Assembly: GCA_964581155.1 (NCBI GenBank)
Contig: CAZONP010000002.1
Span: forward strand, 1 to 43,065
Source: an uncultured Candidimonas sp.
Lineage (GTDB): Bacteria; Pseudomonadota; Gammaproteobacteria; Burkholderiales; Burkholderiaceae_B
Direction of reading: 5' to 3'
DNA: 43,065 nt
Shown here: piece after piece, positions 28,177 through 37,982 of the stretch
Numbering within the stretch: the first letter of the stretch is position 1
Layout of the letters: each line of letters begins with the position of its first letter
Notes under the pieces: generated by a model
Told to the model about the DNA's origin: nothing
Seen by the model: the letters and a program-made list of their open reading frames with translations, nothing else
Databases searched by the model: none
Translations under genes and position numbers: made by a program

Positions 28177-29064
28177 CTACAAGATTCCCAGACGGTCGCG
28201 CAGCGTTGCGCCGATACCCGGCTTGCCGGACTTGGCATCGTGCACCAGACGCAAGCCCAGGTTGCTGGGCGGGACACCCACTGAACACGCACCACCTTTC
28301 GGGTCCCGGATGAAGTCCGAGATATAGCTGCGGTGCGAGCCGGCTACCACGCGAATACCGCAATTTTCGCCCAAGGGCGTGGTACTGACGCCGTCTGCGG
28401 CAACATGCGAACGCGTGTGGCACGTGTCCGTCCAGTCCCATACATTGCCACCCATGTCTTGCATCCCACTGCTATTGGTGCCAAAGCTGCCAAATGCCAT
28501 GGGAGTTTCGTCGCTGGTTACCTTACGTTTCGTCTCCAGTGCATATTCCGCCAGCCAGCGTTGGGCAGGGTCGTTGGGGTCGGACGTATCGGCGATAACG
28601 TCTTCCTCATAGACCTCGCCGGCGGCATGGATCCATTCGGCGTAAGTAGGCAGCCGATAATGGCGGCCCGTGCGCGCCGATAGCCAGGCAGCATAGTCGG
28701 TCGCGTCGCGCCAGCTTACACCCACCACGGGAAGACCTGGCGAGACAGCGCCGCGCTGCGACTTGTCGAGTGCCCTGCATGCCTTGGCCGTGACGCATTC
28801 CGCGTATTCCGCCTGGCTGACCTGCCGCTTCATGATATGCAGCTCTTGTGGGAAGCGCATGATCACCGGCCTGGGGCTGACAGGATTCCCGTCGCGCAGG
28901 TAGTCGCCCGCCGGGTAGAACGTAAATTCGCCGGGGGCGATTGCGATCAGTTCCGTTGCATCGCGATCCTGCGCAATACCCGGGGCCGAGAAATAGTAGG
29001 TGGCGCTGCCGGCTGCGGCAAGCGCCAAGCTGGTGAAAAGCGCGATTTTAGTCAGGGAACGCAT
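28177..29064 (-). CDS. nirV: NirV (FGE-sulfatase/SUMF1 fold) periplasmic protein
   Basis: N-terminal hydrophobic segment, PVVGVSWRDA.DYA.WLS, RLPT.AEW, DMGGNVWDWT, CGIRV, GACSVG.PP.NLGLRLV; start 29064 or TTG 29103. Confidence 0.85.
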   Translation of the reverse strand: MRSLTKIALFTSLALAAAGSATYYFSAPGIAQDRDATELIAIAPGEFTFYPAGDYLRDGNPVSPRPVIMRFPQELHIMKRQVSQAEYAECVTAKACRALDKSQRGAVSPGLPVVGVSWRDATDYAAWLSARTGRHYRLPTYAEWIHAAGEVYEEDVIADTSDPNDPAQRWLAEYALETKRKVTSDETPMAFGSFGTNSSGMQDMGGNVWDWTDTCHTRSHVAADGVSTTPLGENCGIRVVAGSHRSYISDFIRDPKGGACSVGVPPSNLGLRLVHDAKSGKPGIGATLRDRLGIL

Positions 29065-29155
29065 TCGTCTGCCTTCAGTAGTGCCGTGCGTGTGGCGCTC
29101 CAAGACGGAGCACCGCGCACTATGCTTCTATTGAACGCTTACGCCGTCCGCCTGT

Positions 29156-29173
29156 CTTTGTTGCAGCGCAAAC
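29156..29173 (-). promoter_or_regulatory. NnrR box for nirV (class II promoter)
   Basis: CTTTG-TTGCAGCG-CAAAC (centre 29164.5); minus-strand TTCAAT at 29130-29135 has exactly the same spacing as at nirK. Confidence 0.78.
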
Positions 29174-29186
29174 TGGGCCGTCATGG

Positions 29187-29215
29187 AAAAGGGGCGGCCA
29201 ACGGCCGCCCCTTTT
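29187..29215 (-). terminator. Rho-independent (bidirectional-looking) terminator after lipA
   Basis: AAAAGGGGCGGCC-AAC-GGCCGCCCCTTTT, a perfect 13-bp inverted repeat 25 nt past the lipA stop. Confidence 0.85.
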
Positions 29216-29240
29216 TGAATGCGGAATGAAATGCCGCGCG

Positions 29241-30236
29241 TCAGGAAACCCCTGCGGAGTTTGCCTGCTCGTCCGCGTGATACGAAGAACGAACCATGGC
29301 ACCCACGGCGGCATGGCTGAAGCCCATGGCGTAGGCCTCGCGTTCAAGCATGGTAAATACGTCGGGATGGGCGTAGCGCAATACCGGCAGATGATGCTCG
29401 GACGGCTGCAGGTATTGGCCTATGGTCAGCATGTCGACATTGTGCGAGCGCAGGTCGCGCATGACATCCAGGATTTCTTCGTCCGTCTCGCCCAGGCCAA
29501 GCATAAGGCCGGACTTGGTGGGGACACCCGGGTGCAACGCCTTGAAGTCCGCCAGCAACTTCAGGGAATGTTGATAGTCGGCGCCCGGACGGGCCTGCTT
29601 GTACAGCCGTGGCACGGTTTCGAGGTTATGGTTCATGACGTCCGGAGGACCTTCGTTCAGAATTGCCAAGGCCTTGTCCAGGCGGCCGCGAAAGTCAGGC
29701 ACCAGAACTTCGATGCGAGTGGAAGGTGAATGCTCGCGGACCTGGCGTATGCAGTCCACAAAATGGCCCGCGCCGCCGTCGCGGAGGTCGTCGCGATCGA
29801 CCGACGTAATGACAACATAAGACAATTTCATGGCCGCAATGCTGCGGGCCAGGTTCGCCGGCTCTTTCGTGTCGAGCGGATCGGGACGCCCGTGGCCGAC
29901 ATCACAGAAGGGGCAACGGCGCGTGCATTTGTCGCCCATGATCATGAACGTGGCCGTGCCTTTGCCAAAGCATTCGCCGATATTTGGGCATGATGCTTCT
30001 TCGCATACCGTATGCATGTTGTGATCACGCAGAATGCGCTTGATGTCGTAAAAGCGCGACCCCGGCGCAGCTGCCTTGACTCGTATCCATCCCGGTTTCT
30101 TCAGCCGTTCGGCAGGCACAACCTTGATGGGTATGCGCGACGTCTTTTCGCCGGACTTCTGTTTTTTCGTTGGGTCGTAAACGCCGGGTCGGACGGTGGG
30201 CTTATGGATGGCGGACTGGTCAACAGGGGTAGTCAT
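29241..30236 (-). CDS. lipA: Lipoyl synthase
   Basis: [42 protein letters not shown]. Confidence 0.98.
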   Translation of the reverse strand: MTTPVDQSAIHKPTVRPGVYDPTKKQKSGEKTSRIPIKVVPAERLKKPGWIRVKAAAPGSRFYDIKRILRDHNMHTVCEEASCPNIGECFGKGTATFMIMGDKCTRRCPFCDVGHGRPDPLDTKEPANLARSIAAMKLSYVVITSVDRDDLRDGGAGHFVDCIRQVREHSPSTRIEVLVPDFRGRLDKALAILNEGPPDVMNHNLETVPRLYKQARPGADYQHSLKLLADFKALHPGVPTKSGLMLGLGETDEEILDVMRDLRSHNVDMLTIGQYLQPSEHHLPVLRYAHPDVFTMLEREAYAMGFSHAAVGAMVRSSYHADEQANSAGVS

Positions 30237-30367
30237 ACGGTTTCCTGCAATAACGCGCTTGCGCTTCTTGCGTGTAGGCGCCGACTGGTCGGCAGCTGTG
30301 CGTGAATATAGGGCGGACTGCGCATTTTAACGCGCCACACCGCCCAAGGGCGAATTTCCCTGTTGAC

Positions 30368-31153
30368 TTATTGGCCTTTCCATACGGGCTGGCGCTTGTG
30401 CATGAAGGCGTCGATGCCCTCGGACACGTCATCGGCCATCATGTTCCTGGCCATTACTTTGCCTGCATAGTCGTAAGCGTCGCTGAGACTCATGCCGCGT
30501 TGCTGATGAAACATGCCCTTGCCTGTGCGCACGGCCACGGGACTTTTTGAACAAATCGCTTGCACCAGCGTGTCGACAGCCGTGTCAAGCTGGTCGAGCG
30601 GCACCGCCTGGTTGATCAAGCCGCTGTCGACCGCATCGGAGGCGCTGATGAACTGGCCGGTCACGAGCATTTCAAAGGCTTTCTTTGGCGCCACGTTGCG
30701 CGAAAGGGCGACAGCCGGCGTAGAGCAGAACAAGCCAACATTGATGCCGGAGACAGCAAACTTGGCGCTGTCCGCCGATACTGCCAGGTCGCAACTGGCC
30801 ACGAGCTGGCAACCCGCTGCGGTGGCAGTGCCATGCACTTTCGCAATGACGGGAATGGGTAAATTCACAATGCTTTGCATCACGCGACCGCACTGGGCAA
30901 ACAAGCGTTCGTAATAGGCCTGTTCCGGAGTGGCCCGCATTTGCTTCAGGTCGTGGCCGGCGCAAAAGGCGCGGCCCGCCGCCGCAAGAACCACACAACG
31001 TAGCGTGTCGTCTTGCGCCACCGCATCGAGCTGCGTTTGCAGCGCCGTAAGCATTTCTTCGGATAGGGCATTGAACTGGTCAGGTCGATTAAGCGTCAGT
31101 GTCAGTACGCCGTCCGTTCGGTCTGCCAGCACCAACTGCGCTTGCATGGTCAT
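30368..31153 (-). CDS. Enoyl-CoA hydratase/crotonase family protein (ECHDC3-like)
   Basis: [46 protein letters not shown]; ATGA overlap with lipB; GGAG RBS. Confidence 0.9.
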   Translation of the reverse strand: MTMQAQLVLADRTDGVLTLTLNRPDQFNALSEEMLTALQTQLDAVAQDDTLRCVVLAAAGRAFCAGHDLKQMRATPEQAYYERLFAQCGRVMQSIVNLPIPVIAKVHGTATAAGCQLVASCDLAVSADSAKFAVSGINVGLFCSTPAVALSRNVAPKKAFEMLVTGQFISASDAVDSGLINQAVPLDQLDTAVDTLVQAICSKSPVAVRTGKGMFHQQRGMSLSDAYDYAGKVMARNMMADDVSEGIDAFMHKRQPVWKGQ

Positions 31154-31863
31154 GTCGTGATCTCCTTTTGGGGTCCTTTTATTGATTGTCTCGCTCGCCC
31201 GACCGGCAGCGTATCCATGGCTGTTGCCAAGCGCACCGCCAGTAGCTCGCCGACCTGACTGACAGTAGCCTGTATCCCGCAGGACCGCAAATCCACAGTC
31301 TGCAAGCCCTCGTAGCCGCAAGGGTTGATGCCCAGAAAGGGGGTAAGGTCCATATCCACGTTCAGCGCAATGCCGTGATAGGCGCAACCATTGCGGATCT
31401 TGATGCCCAAGGCGGCGATTTTGGCCAGTTGCGGCTCGGCGCCGGCAGCAGTATCTGTGCCTGCGGGACTCCACGGCACATAGACCCCGGGTGCGCCAGG
31501 CTTACGGCAAGCGCCCCGCGCGCCAAGCTCTTCCAACACGCGTATGGCGACGTCTTCGAGCAGCTCGACATATTCCTTCACGAACAGCTTCAAGCGGCGC
31601 AAGTCCACCAGGCAATAGGCCACGATTTGTCCGGGACCGTGATAGGTGACTTGACCGCCTCTGTCTGATTTCACGATGGCAATGCCACCCGCGTCCAGAA
31701 TATGTTCCTGTTTTCCCGCCTGTCCCAGCGTGTATACCGGCGCATGCTCCACCAGCCAGATTTCATCGGCGGTCTGCGTGTCGCGCGCTTCGGTGTAGTC
31801 GCGCATGGCCCCCCATACCTCGCCATAAGGCGCGAACCGGGGTAGCCACTTGTGTAGCGTCAT
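31150..31863 (-). CDS. lipB: Octanoyltransferase
   Basis: [39 protein letters not shown]. Confidence 0.96.
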   Translation of the reverse strand: MTLHKWLPRFAPYGEVWGAMRDYTEARDTQTADEIWLVEHAPVYTLGQAGKQEHILDAGGIAIVKSDRGGQVTYHGPGQIVAYCLVDLRRLKLFVKEYVELLEDVAIRVLEELGARGACRKPGAPGVYVPWSPAGTDTAAGAEPQLAKIAALGIKIRNGCAYHGIALNVDMDLTPFLGINPCGYEGLQTVDLRSCGIQATVSQVGELLAVRLATAMDTLPVGRARQSIKGPQKEITT

Positions 31864-31880
31864 GTGTGGACTCCCGGCGC

Positions 31881-32162
31881 CTATAGGACGATGGACACCA
31901 TAGGATGGCTATGAAGGGCAACATACAGCGCATCGAGCTGTTCGCGCGACGTGGCCCGGACGGTGAACGTGAGGCCCAGGTAATTGCCCGCTTTGCTGGG
32001 CCGCATTTCAACCGTCGCTGGATCCAGTGTGGGGTCGAACTCCTGCACGAGCGCGGTGAGCGTTTGCGCGAAATCCGGGTGCGTTTTGCCCATGACCTTA
32101 ATGGGAAAGTCGCTGGGGTACTCGATAAGAGACTGCTCGGGAGGGATATCGCAAGAGGCCAT
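31881..32162 (-). CDS. ybeD: YbeD/DUF493 family protein
   Basis: [31 protein letters not shown]; conserved dac-ybeD-lipB order. Confidence 0.9.
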   Translation of the reverse strand: MASCDIPPEQSLIEYPSDFPIKVMGKTHPDFAQTLTALVQEFDPTLDPATVEMRPSKAGNYLGLTFTVRATSREQLDALYVALHSHPMVSIVL

Positions 32163-32172
32163 GGCGTGAACG

Positions 32173-33036
32173 TTATAGAGCGGCGATGGCGCGGTCATAG
32201 CCGGCGCGCAATGCACGATAGACGGCACCGGGCTTGCCCGTGCCCACGGGTTTGCCGTCGTAGGTGGTGATGGGAAGCAGCTCTTTGGTCGCGGACGTTA
32301 GCATGAGTTCATCGGCGGCATCCACTTGCGCCGATGAAATCGGCCGCGCGGTGAAGCTGATGCCGGCGTCGCGAGCCAACTCTTCGAGCAGCCCGTAACG
32401 TATTCCTTCCAATATGAGGTTGTCGCGAGGCGGCGCCAGTAGAACGCCGTCTTTGGCGACCCAGATATTGCATGCCGACCCTTCCGACAGGAATCCGTCG
32501 CGAAATTGCAGGACGTCGTCCACGCCGGCTTCGACCGCCTGTTGCTTGGCCAGCACATTGCCCAACAGAGAAATGGATTTGATTTCGCAACGCAGCCAGC
32601 GGATATCGGGAATTCCGATGGCGCTGAGTCCGTGGTTACGGGCCTGCTCGTCGGGACGGGTGAACGGCGACACCATGCAGAAAATTGTGGGCGCGGTGTT
32701 GGCGGGAAAGGCGTGCTCGCGCTTGGCAACGCCACGCGTTACCTGGATATAGACCATGCAGTCGCCCTTGCCGGAGCGCCGCAGTAAATCGAGCACCAGC
32801 GCGGCCCAGTCGGCGCGCGACTTGTTGGTCTGGATTCCGATGGAGGCCAGGCTGCGCTCGAGCCGCGCCAGGTGTCCTTCCATGCGAAACGGCTTGCCGT
32901 TGTAGGCAGGCACGACATCGTAAATGCCGTCGCCAAAGATAAAACCACGATCCAGCACAGAAACGTTTGCGTCACCCAGACGGATGTAGTCGCCGTTGAG
33001 ATAGACGATGCTATCGGAATCCACGTTGGGGATCAT
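32173..33036 (-). CDS. dat: D-amino acid aminotransferase (PLP fold type IV)
   Basis: DRGFIFGDGIYD, YIQVTRG, RWLRCEIKSISLL, EGSACN, ILEGI. Confidence 0.88.
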   Translation of the reverse strand: MIPNVDSDSIVYLNGDYIRLGDANVSVLDRGFIFGDGIYDVVPAYNGKPFRMEGHLARLERSLASIGIQTNKSRADWAALVLDLLRRSGKGDCMVYIQVTRGVAKREHAFPANTAPTIFCMVSPFTRPDEQARNHGLSAIGIPDIRWLRCEIKSISLLGNVLAKQQAVEAGVDDVLQFRDGFLSEGSACNIWVAKDGVLLAPPRDNLILEGIRYGLLEELARDAGISFTARPISSAQVDAADELMLTSATKELLPITTYDGKPVGTGKPGAVYRALRAGYDRAIAAL

Positions 33037-33060
33037 GGTACAAGCCTTGTCGTTGCGATG

Positions 33061-34302
33061 TTATTGGAAAAGAAGAAGCACTTTGTCGTAGATGCGGCCA
33101 AAAAAGCCCGCCTCGGCGACGTCTTCCAGCACGTACAGGGGTTGCGTAAGCAACTGCCCGCCGTCAAGGGACAGAGTCACCGTGCCCACCTTCGTACCCT
33201 TTTTCAAGGGGGCGATAAGGGGTTGAGTGTACTGGGCGACCGGTTTGACTTGGGGGCCCTTGCCGCGCGGAACGGTGACCCAGGTGGGTTCCAGCGAACC
33301 TAGACCGACCGTTTCCGCCTGGCCTTCCCATACCCGGGCATTGACCGCCGGAGAACCGTTGTCGAACAGCTTGATCGTGTCGAAGTTCTGAAAGCTCCAG
33401 TTCAACAGTTTCAAGCTGTTTTCTGTACGCGCCGAATCGCTGGCGGCGCCGACCACCACTGAAATGACACGGCGCCCGTCGCGCAATGCCGTGGATACCA
33501 GACAATACCCGGCGGACTGGGTGTGGCCGGTCTTGAGACCGTCCACGGTCGGATCCGACCACAGCAGGCGGTTACGATTAGTCTGCTTGATTTTGTTGTA
33601 GGTGTATTCTTTCTGGCTGTAATAGTGCATGTATTGTGGAAACTGCGCCACCAGATTCTTGGCCAGAATGGCCAGATCGCGCGCGGTTGTAAGGTGGGTT
33701 GCGTCGGGCAAGCCGGTGGAGTTCACAAAATGTGTATCGCGCAGCCCCTGGCGTGCCGCCTCTTCGTTCATAAGGGCCGCGAACGCGGTCTCGCTGCCGG
33801 CGACGGCCTCGGCCAGTGCCACGGTGGCATCGTTGCCGGACTGCACGATAAATCCCTGCAGCAAATCGTCGACCGCCACTTGGGTATTGGGCTTGACGAA
33901 CATGCGCGAGCCCTCTGTCTTCCAAGCCTTTTCCGATATATTTACGGTTTGCTCGAGGGTGAGCCGCTTGTCTTCAATGGCATCGAACACCAGATAAGCG
34001 GACATCAGTTTCGTGAGCGACGCGGGTTCGACGGGCTGGTCCGGGTTTTGGGCGGCAATGACCTGCCCGCTATTGACGTCCAGCGTAAGCCAGGCACTAG
34101 CCGTAAGTGTGGGAGCGGGCACTGTGGCTAGTTGACCGACAGAGACACTTCCGGCCGTAGCGGCGGGTGCCAGCACGGCGGGGGCCGCGTCGGCTTCGGA
34201 AGGTGCCGCTTGGGCCATTACCGCGTACGGTGTTGCGACCAAGGCAAGAGCGGTGAGAATCTGTGCAAGCAGGCGGGGGAAGCGGAAATTCATGGATGTC
34301 AT
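33061..34302 (-). CDS. D-alanyl-D-alanine carboxypeptidase (PBP5/6, DacA/DacC family)
   Basis: ASLTK (SxxK), SGN, KTG motifs; start among 34293/34302/34308, downstream of a minus-strand TATAAT at 34355-34360. Confidence 0.93.
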   Translation of the reverse strand: MTSMNFRFPRLLAQILTALALVATPYAVMAQAAPSEADAAPAVLAPAATAGSVSVGQLATVPAPTLTASAWLTLDVNSGQVIAAQNPDQPVEPASLTKLMSAYLVFDAIEDKRLTLEQTVNISEKAWKTEGSRMFVKPNTQVAVDDLLQGFIVQSGNDATVALAEAVAGSETAFAALMNEEAARQGLRDTHFVNSTGLPDATHLTTARDLAILAKNLVAQFPQYMHYYSQKEYTYNKIKQTNRNRLLWSDPTVDGLKTGHTQSAGYCLVSTALRDGRRVISVVVGAASDSARTENSLKLLNWSFQNFDTIKLFDNGSPAVNARVWEGQAETVGLGSLEPTWVTVPRGKGPQVKPVAQYTQPLIAPLKKGTKVGTVTLSLDGGQLLTQPLYVLEDVAEAGFFGRIYDKVLLLFQ

Positions 34303-34468
34303 CGGCATATCGCAAAGAGTATCCGTCGGCGCGACAGACGGGAAAAGAAAGCCCATTATAGGCAGAGCCACTTGCCTGTTACCGTGTTTGACGGCTTTTG
34401 CACCTCGTAAAAAGAGAAACCGGTCGATACTATTCATGACAGCGACTTACGCCGGCGCTGGATTTCGT

Positions 34469-35113
34469 TCAAACAGAGGCAAGCCGCTGTTCGAGCAGCC
34501 GTCGCAGGACGATGAGTTTGCCATGAAAGAAATGACCCGCGTCCGGAACGACCACCACTGGCAAGTCCCGCTGGCGGGCGAACCCCATGGCCTCCGACAG
34601 CGGCACAACTTCGTCGGCCTCGCCATGCACCAAATACGTGTCTTCAGGAACGGAAATATCGCGATACTTGAAGCGGTCCACCGCCGACCCTGCCAGTATC
34701 AGTACGTCCGGGAGCTTTGCCGACTGATCCGCCAGTTCCGAATACAACTGCGCCGCCACCGATGTGCCGAAGGAAAAGCCCGCCAATACCCATTTACCGG
34801 CGGCGGCCTGGGGGTACGCGGCTGTGAACTGGCGCACCAGTTCGACCATATCGGCCGTTTCGCCCACCGCGTGATCAAATTCACCCGCCGAGGCACCGAC
34901 CCCGCGGAAGTTGGGCCGCAACGCCAGCAATCCATGCTGCACGCAGGCGCGCGCGATGGTGGTGACGATCTTATTTTCCCGGGCCCCGCCATGCAATGGG
35001 TGCGGGTGCAGCACCAACGCCCACCCGCGTGGAGCTTCCGTGGGCGAATCGAGCATGCAGCTAATAGGGCCTGCAACGCCCTGAAAGCTGATTTCCTGTG
35101 TGCGAGCAAGCAT
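34469..35113 (-). CDS. Alpha/beta hydrolase
   Basis: HPHPLHGG, NFRGVGAS.G, GFSFG nucleophile elbow, HGEADEVV, GHFFHG. Confidence 0.9.
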   Translation of the reverse strand: MLARTQEISFQGVAGPISCMLDSPTEAPRGWALVLHPHPLHGGARENKIVTTIARACVQHGLLALRPNFRGVGASAGEFDHAVGETADMVELVRQFTAAYPQAAAGKWVLAGFSFGTSVAAQLYSELADQSAKLPDVLILAGSAVDRFKYRDISVPEDTYLVHGEADEVVPLSEAMGFARQRDLPVVVVPDAGHFFHGKLIVLRRLLEQRLASV

Positions 35114-35176
35114 AATGGTGACTTTGAGTTATAACGTAAGCCCAACAATTCTACGCCACAACCATAACGCGCCAGC

Positions 35177-36055
35177 ATGTCGATCACCTCCCCCCAGCCA
35201 CTGCCCTCGCCGCAGGAAATGAAGACGGCGCTTTCAGCGGCATTGCCTCACGTCAACCACATTGACTGGGTGGACCGCACCACGTCGACCAACGCCGACT
35301 TGTTGGCTCGCGCCCGCGCCAGCGGCGGGCAGCTGGCGCGTCCATGGTTGTTGGGCGCACACGTACAGGAAAGCGGCCGGGGCCGCGCGGGCCGTACTTG
35401 GCAAAACCGCAGCGGCGCGAATCTTATGTTTTCCTGCGCGTTCGACGTTTTCCTGCCACCGCATCAGCTGCCCACGCTATCGCCGCTGGTCGGGTTGGCG
35501 GCGTGCGAGGCCTTGCGCGAGCTCATCAGTCCGGCGTTACGCGCCCGTCTGACCATGAAGTGGCCGAACGATATGCAGTGGCAATTCGCCAAGCTTGCCG
35601 GCATTCTTGTCGAAGTCACGCGTTCCGGCGCCTCGCGGCTTTCCAGCGACCACTACGTGGCGATCATCGGCATGGGATTGAATCTTGACGATGCCAGGGC
35701 TCTGAGCCAATCGCTGAACCGACAGGTTGCCGACTGGTCGGAGGTCATCGACCAAGATGCGGCGGCCAAGACTGTGGGGCCGGCCGACATAGTCGCCGCC
35801 ATCGCCAGGGCTTGGTACGACAGCCTGAACCGTGTGACGGCACACGGGTTCGAAGGATTTCCCGACCGCTACCGGCAGGTCGACTTTCTGGAAGGCCAGC
35901 ATGTCCACGTGCTGGACGAAGGCCGCATTTTGCAGGCCGGCATTGCCTGCGGCGTGAACTCCCATGGGCAGTTGCTGGTCCGTACGCTCGATGGCGTAAC
36001 GCCGGTGTCCGTGGGAGAGGTTTCGGTGCGGCCGCTTCAGGGTTGCCCACCATGA
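35177..36055 (+). CDS. birA: Biotin-protein ligase without an N-terminal HTH
   Basis: STN, GRGRAGRTW, KWPND, KLAGIL, GMGLN, GEVSVR. Confidence 0.93.
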   Translation: MSITSPQPLPSPQEMKTALSAALPHVNHIDWVDRTTSTNADLLARARASGGQLARPWLLGAHVQESGRGRAGRTWQNRSGANLMFSCAFDVFLPPHQLPTLSPLVGLAACEALRELISPALRARLTMKWPNDMQWQFAKLAGILVEVTRSGASRLSSDHYVAIIGMGLNLDDARALSQSLNRQVADWSEVIDQDAAAKTVGPADIVAAIARAWYDSLNRVTAHGFEGFPDRYRQVDFLEGQHVHVLDEGRILQAGIACGVNSHGQLLVRTLDGVTPVSVGEVSVRPLQGCPP

Positions 36056-36849
36056 AGCTACTGATCGATGCCGGAAATACGCGGGTCAAATTTGGCTGGC
36101 TCGACACCAGTTCCGGCCATCGCGAAGACAGTGTCCTGGCCTTGACCCACAATGAACTCGACACCCTCCCGTCATGGTTGAGCCAGCTTGCCTTGAGGCC
36201 CACCGCTGCCCTTGGCGTCAATGTGGCAAGCGCCGGCGTGGCCGCAGTGCTCAATGCGGTCATTGAACGCCTGCTGTCGGTGAACATACGCTGGGTCCAC
36301 AGCGAACGTCAGGTACTGGACGTAATCAACGCATATGCCGACGCGAGCCAATTAGGGGCTGACCGCTGGGTATCAATGCTGGGTATGTCCGCGCATTGCC
36401 CCAAGGCTGCGATATTGGCAAGCTTTGGCACCGCCACGACAGTCGATACCCTTGGCCCGGCGCACCATGGCCAGCGCTGTTTCGAGGGAGGCCTTATCTT
36501 CCCCGGCCCGGCATTGATGTATTCATCTCTTGCGGCCGGTACGGCGAATTTGCCGCACGCCAACGCCGCGCCTGCGGACTATCCCACGCACACCCATCAG
36601 GCCATCGCCAGCGGCATCGCCGCAGCCCAGGCTGGGGCGGTGGTGCGTCAATGGCGTGCGGGCCTGGAACACTTTGGCGAACCGCCCACGGTCTTTGGCA
36701 CGGGCGGCGGCTGGGACCTGGTGGAAACCGAGACACGGCGATTGCTTGCACGGGCACAGGCCGACCTGGGGATGCCCGGAACCGCCATACAGTGGCTTGC
36801 GACCCCCGTGCTGGATGGCTTGGCGCGGCTTGCATCCACCCCTGGGTGA
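36052..36849 (+). CDS. coaX: Type III pantothenate kinase
   Basis: LLIDAGNTRVKF, LGADRW, SFGTATTVD, GGLIFPG, TGG, VLDGL; ATGA overlap with birA. Confidence 0.93.
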   Translation: MKLLIDAGNTRVKFGWLDTSSGHREDSVLALTHNELDTLPSWLSQLALRPTAALGVNVASAGVAAVLNAVIERLLSVNIRWVHSERQVLDVINAYADASQLGADRWVSMLGMSAHCPKAAILASFGTATTVDTLGPAHHGQRCFEGGLIFPGPALMYSSLAAGTANLPHANAAPADYPTHTHQAIASGIAAAQAGAVVRQWRAGLEHFGEPPTVFGTGGGWDLVETETRRLLARAQADLGMPGTAIQWLATPVLDGLARLASTPG

Positions 36850-36853
36850 TGAC

Positions 36854-37027
36854 CTAAGGCGTCTGCCCTACCAAGCGCGGCGAACCCAGCGTAATGGCCT
36901 GCTGGTTGCGTTCGGACAATTGACGGGGCGCGCGCCCTTCTTCACTGGGCGGGACACCGAAAAAACCTTGGCCGTATGCCAGAGCCGCCACGTTGGCGAC
37001 AAGGATAATCAAAAAAACGAAACGCAT
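36854..37027 (-). CDS. 57-aa membrane-anchored hypothetical protein, absent from the supplied ORF track
   Basis: My translation: MRFVFLIILVANVAALAYGQGFFGVPPSEEGRAPRQLSERNQQAITLGSPRLVGQTP*; N-terminal TM; fills the coaX-galU gap. Confidence 0.7.
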   Translation of the reverse strand: MRFVFLIILVANVAALAYGQGFFGVPPSEEGRAPRQLSERNQQAITLGSPRLVGQTP

Positions 37028-37151
37028 ATCTGGAAGTTCTCCGGCCGTATACTGCGGCAGCCTGGTGGATTTTCACGTATTCTAGCTGCATAGGCATAGC
37101 GATTGCTAACCGAGCCGGCCCGCCAAACCTCTGAAACCAATTTTTTTCCTT

Positions 37152-37982
37152 ATGAAACCTATTCGTAAAGCTGTTTTCCCCGTCGCGGGCATGGGAACCC
37201 GGTTCCTGCCGGCCACCAAAGCAATGCCCAAGGAAATGCTGCCTATCGTCGATAAGCCTCTGATCCAGTACGCAGTGGAAGAAGCTATTGCCGCCGGCAT
37301 CACCGACCTTATTTTTATCACTGGCCGCAACAAGCGTGCCATCGAAGATCATTTCGACCGGGTACCGGAGCTGGAAGCGGACCTTGAAGCCAAGAACAAG
37401 ATGGAATTGCTGGAAGTCGTCCGGAATGTCATTCCTTCGAACGTGAATTGCATATATACCCGGCAGACGGCGCCACTGGGCCTGGGCCATGCCGTGCTGT
37501 GCGCCGCGCCTATTGTCGGCAACGAGCCTTTTGTTGTCCTGCTGGCCGACGATTTGATCGACTCGAAAACGTCGGTCACCCAGCAACTGGTCGAAGCCGC
37601 TCACCAGCATAATGGCAGCGTGCTGGCTATTCAGGACATAGACCGCCAACACACAAACAAGTATGGAATCATCAATGGCGTGGCGGTAAACGCCAATACC
37701 ACGCGCTTACACGGCATCATTGAAAAGCCTGATTCGTCAGTGGCACCAACCACGCTGGCCGTGGTGGGTCGCTATGTGCTCGAGCCGGAAATCTTTGAGC
37801 ACTTGCGCCAGACCCAGGCCGGCGTCGGGGGCGAAATCCAGCTTACCGATGGTATCGCCAGCCTGCTCAAAGCCCGGGCAGTTTTCGGGCTGCAGTATGA
37901 AGGCATGCGTTACGACTGCGGCAGCAAGGAAGGCTTTTTCAGAGCCACCCTGGAGCTTGGCAGGAAGTACCACGGACTTTAG
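37152..37982 (+). CDS. galU: UTP-glucose-1-phosphate uridylyltransferase
   Basis: [50 protein letters not shown]. Confidence 0.97.
   Translation: MKPIRKAVFPVAGMGTRFLPATKAMPKEMLPIVDKPLIQYAVEEAIAAGITDLIFITGRNKRAIEDHFDRVPELEADLEAKNKMELLEVVRNVIPSNVNCIYTRQTAPLGLGHAVLCAAPIVGNEPFVVLLADDLIDSKTSVTQQLVEAAHQHNGSVLAIQDIDRQHTNKYGIINGVAVNANTTRLHGIIEKPDSSVAPTTLAVVGRYVLEPEIFEHLRQTQAGVGGEIQLTDGIASLLKARAVFGLQYEGMRYDCGSKEGFFRATLELGRKYHGL

Noticed and set aside
34253-35134. Long antisense ORFs (also 730..1650, 5120..5875, 8190..8948, 26317..27186, 39130..40065)
   Set aside because: Shadow frames of well-supported genes, expected in GC-rich DNA; no recognisable motifs
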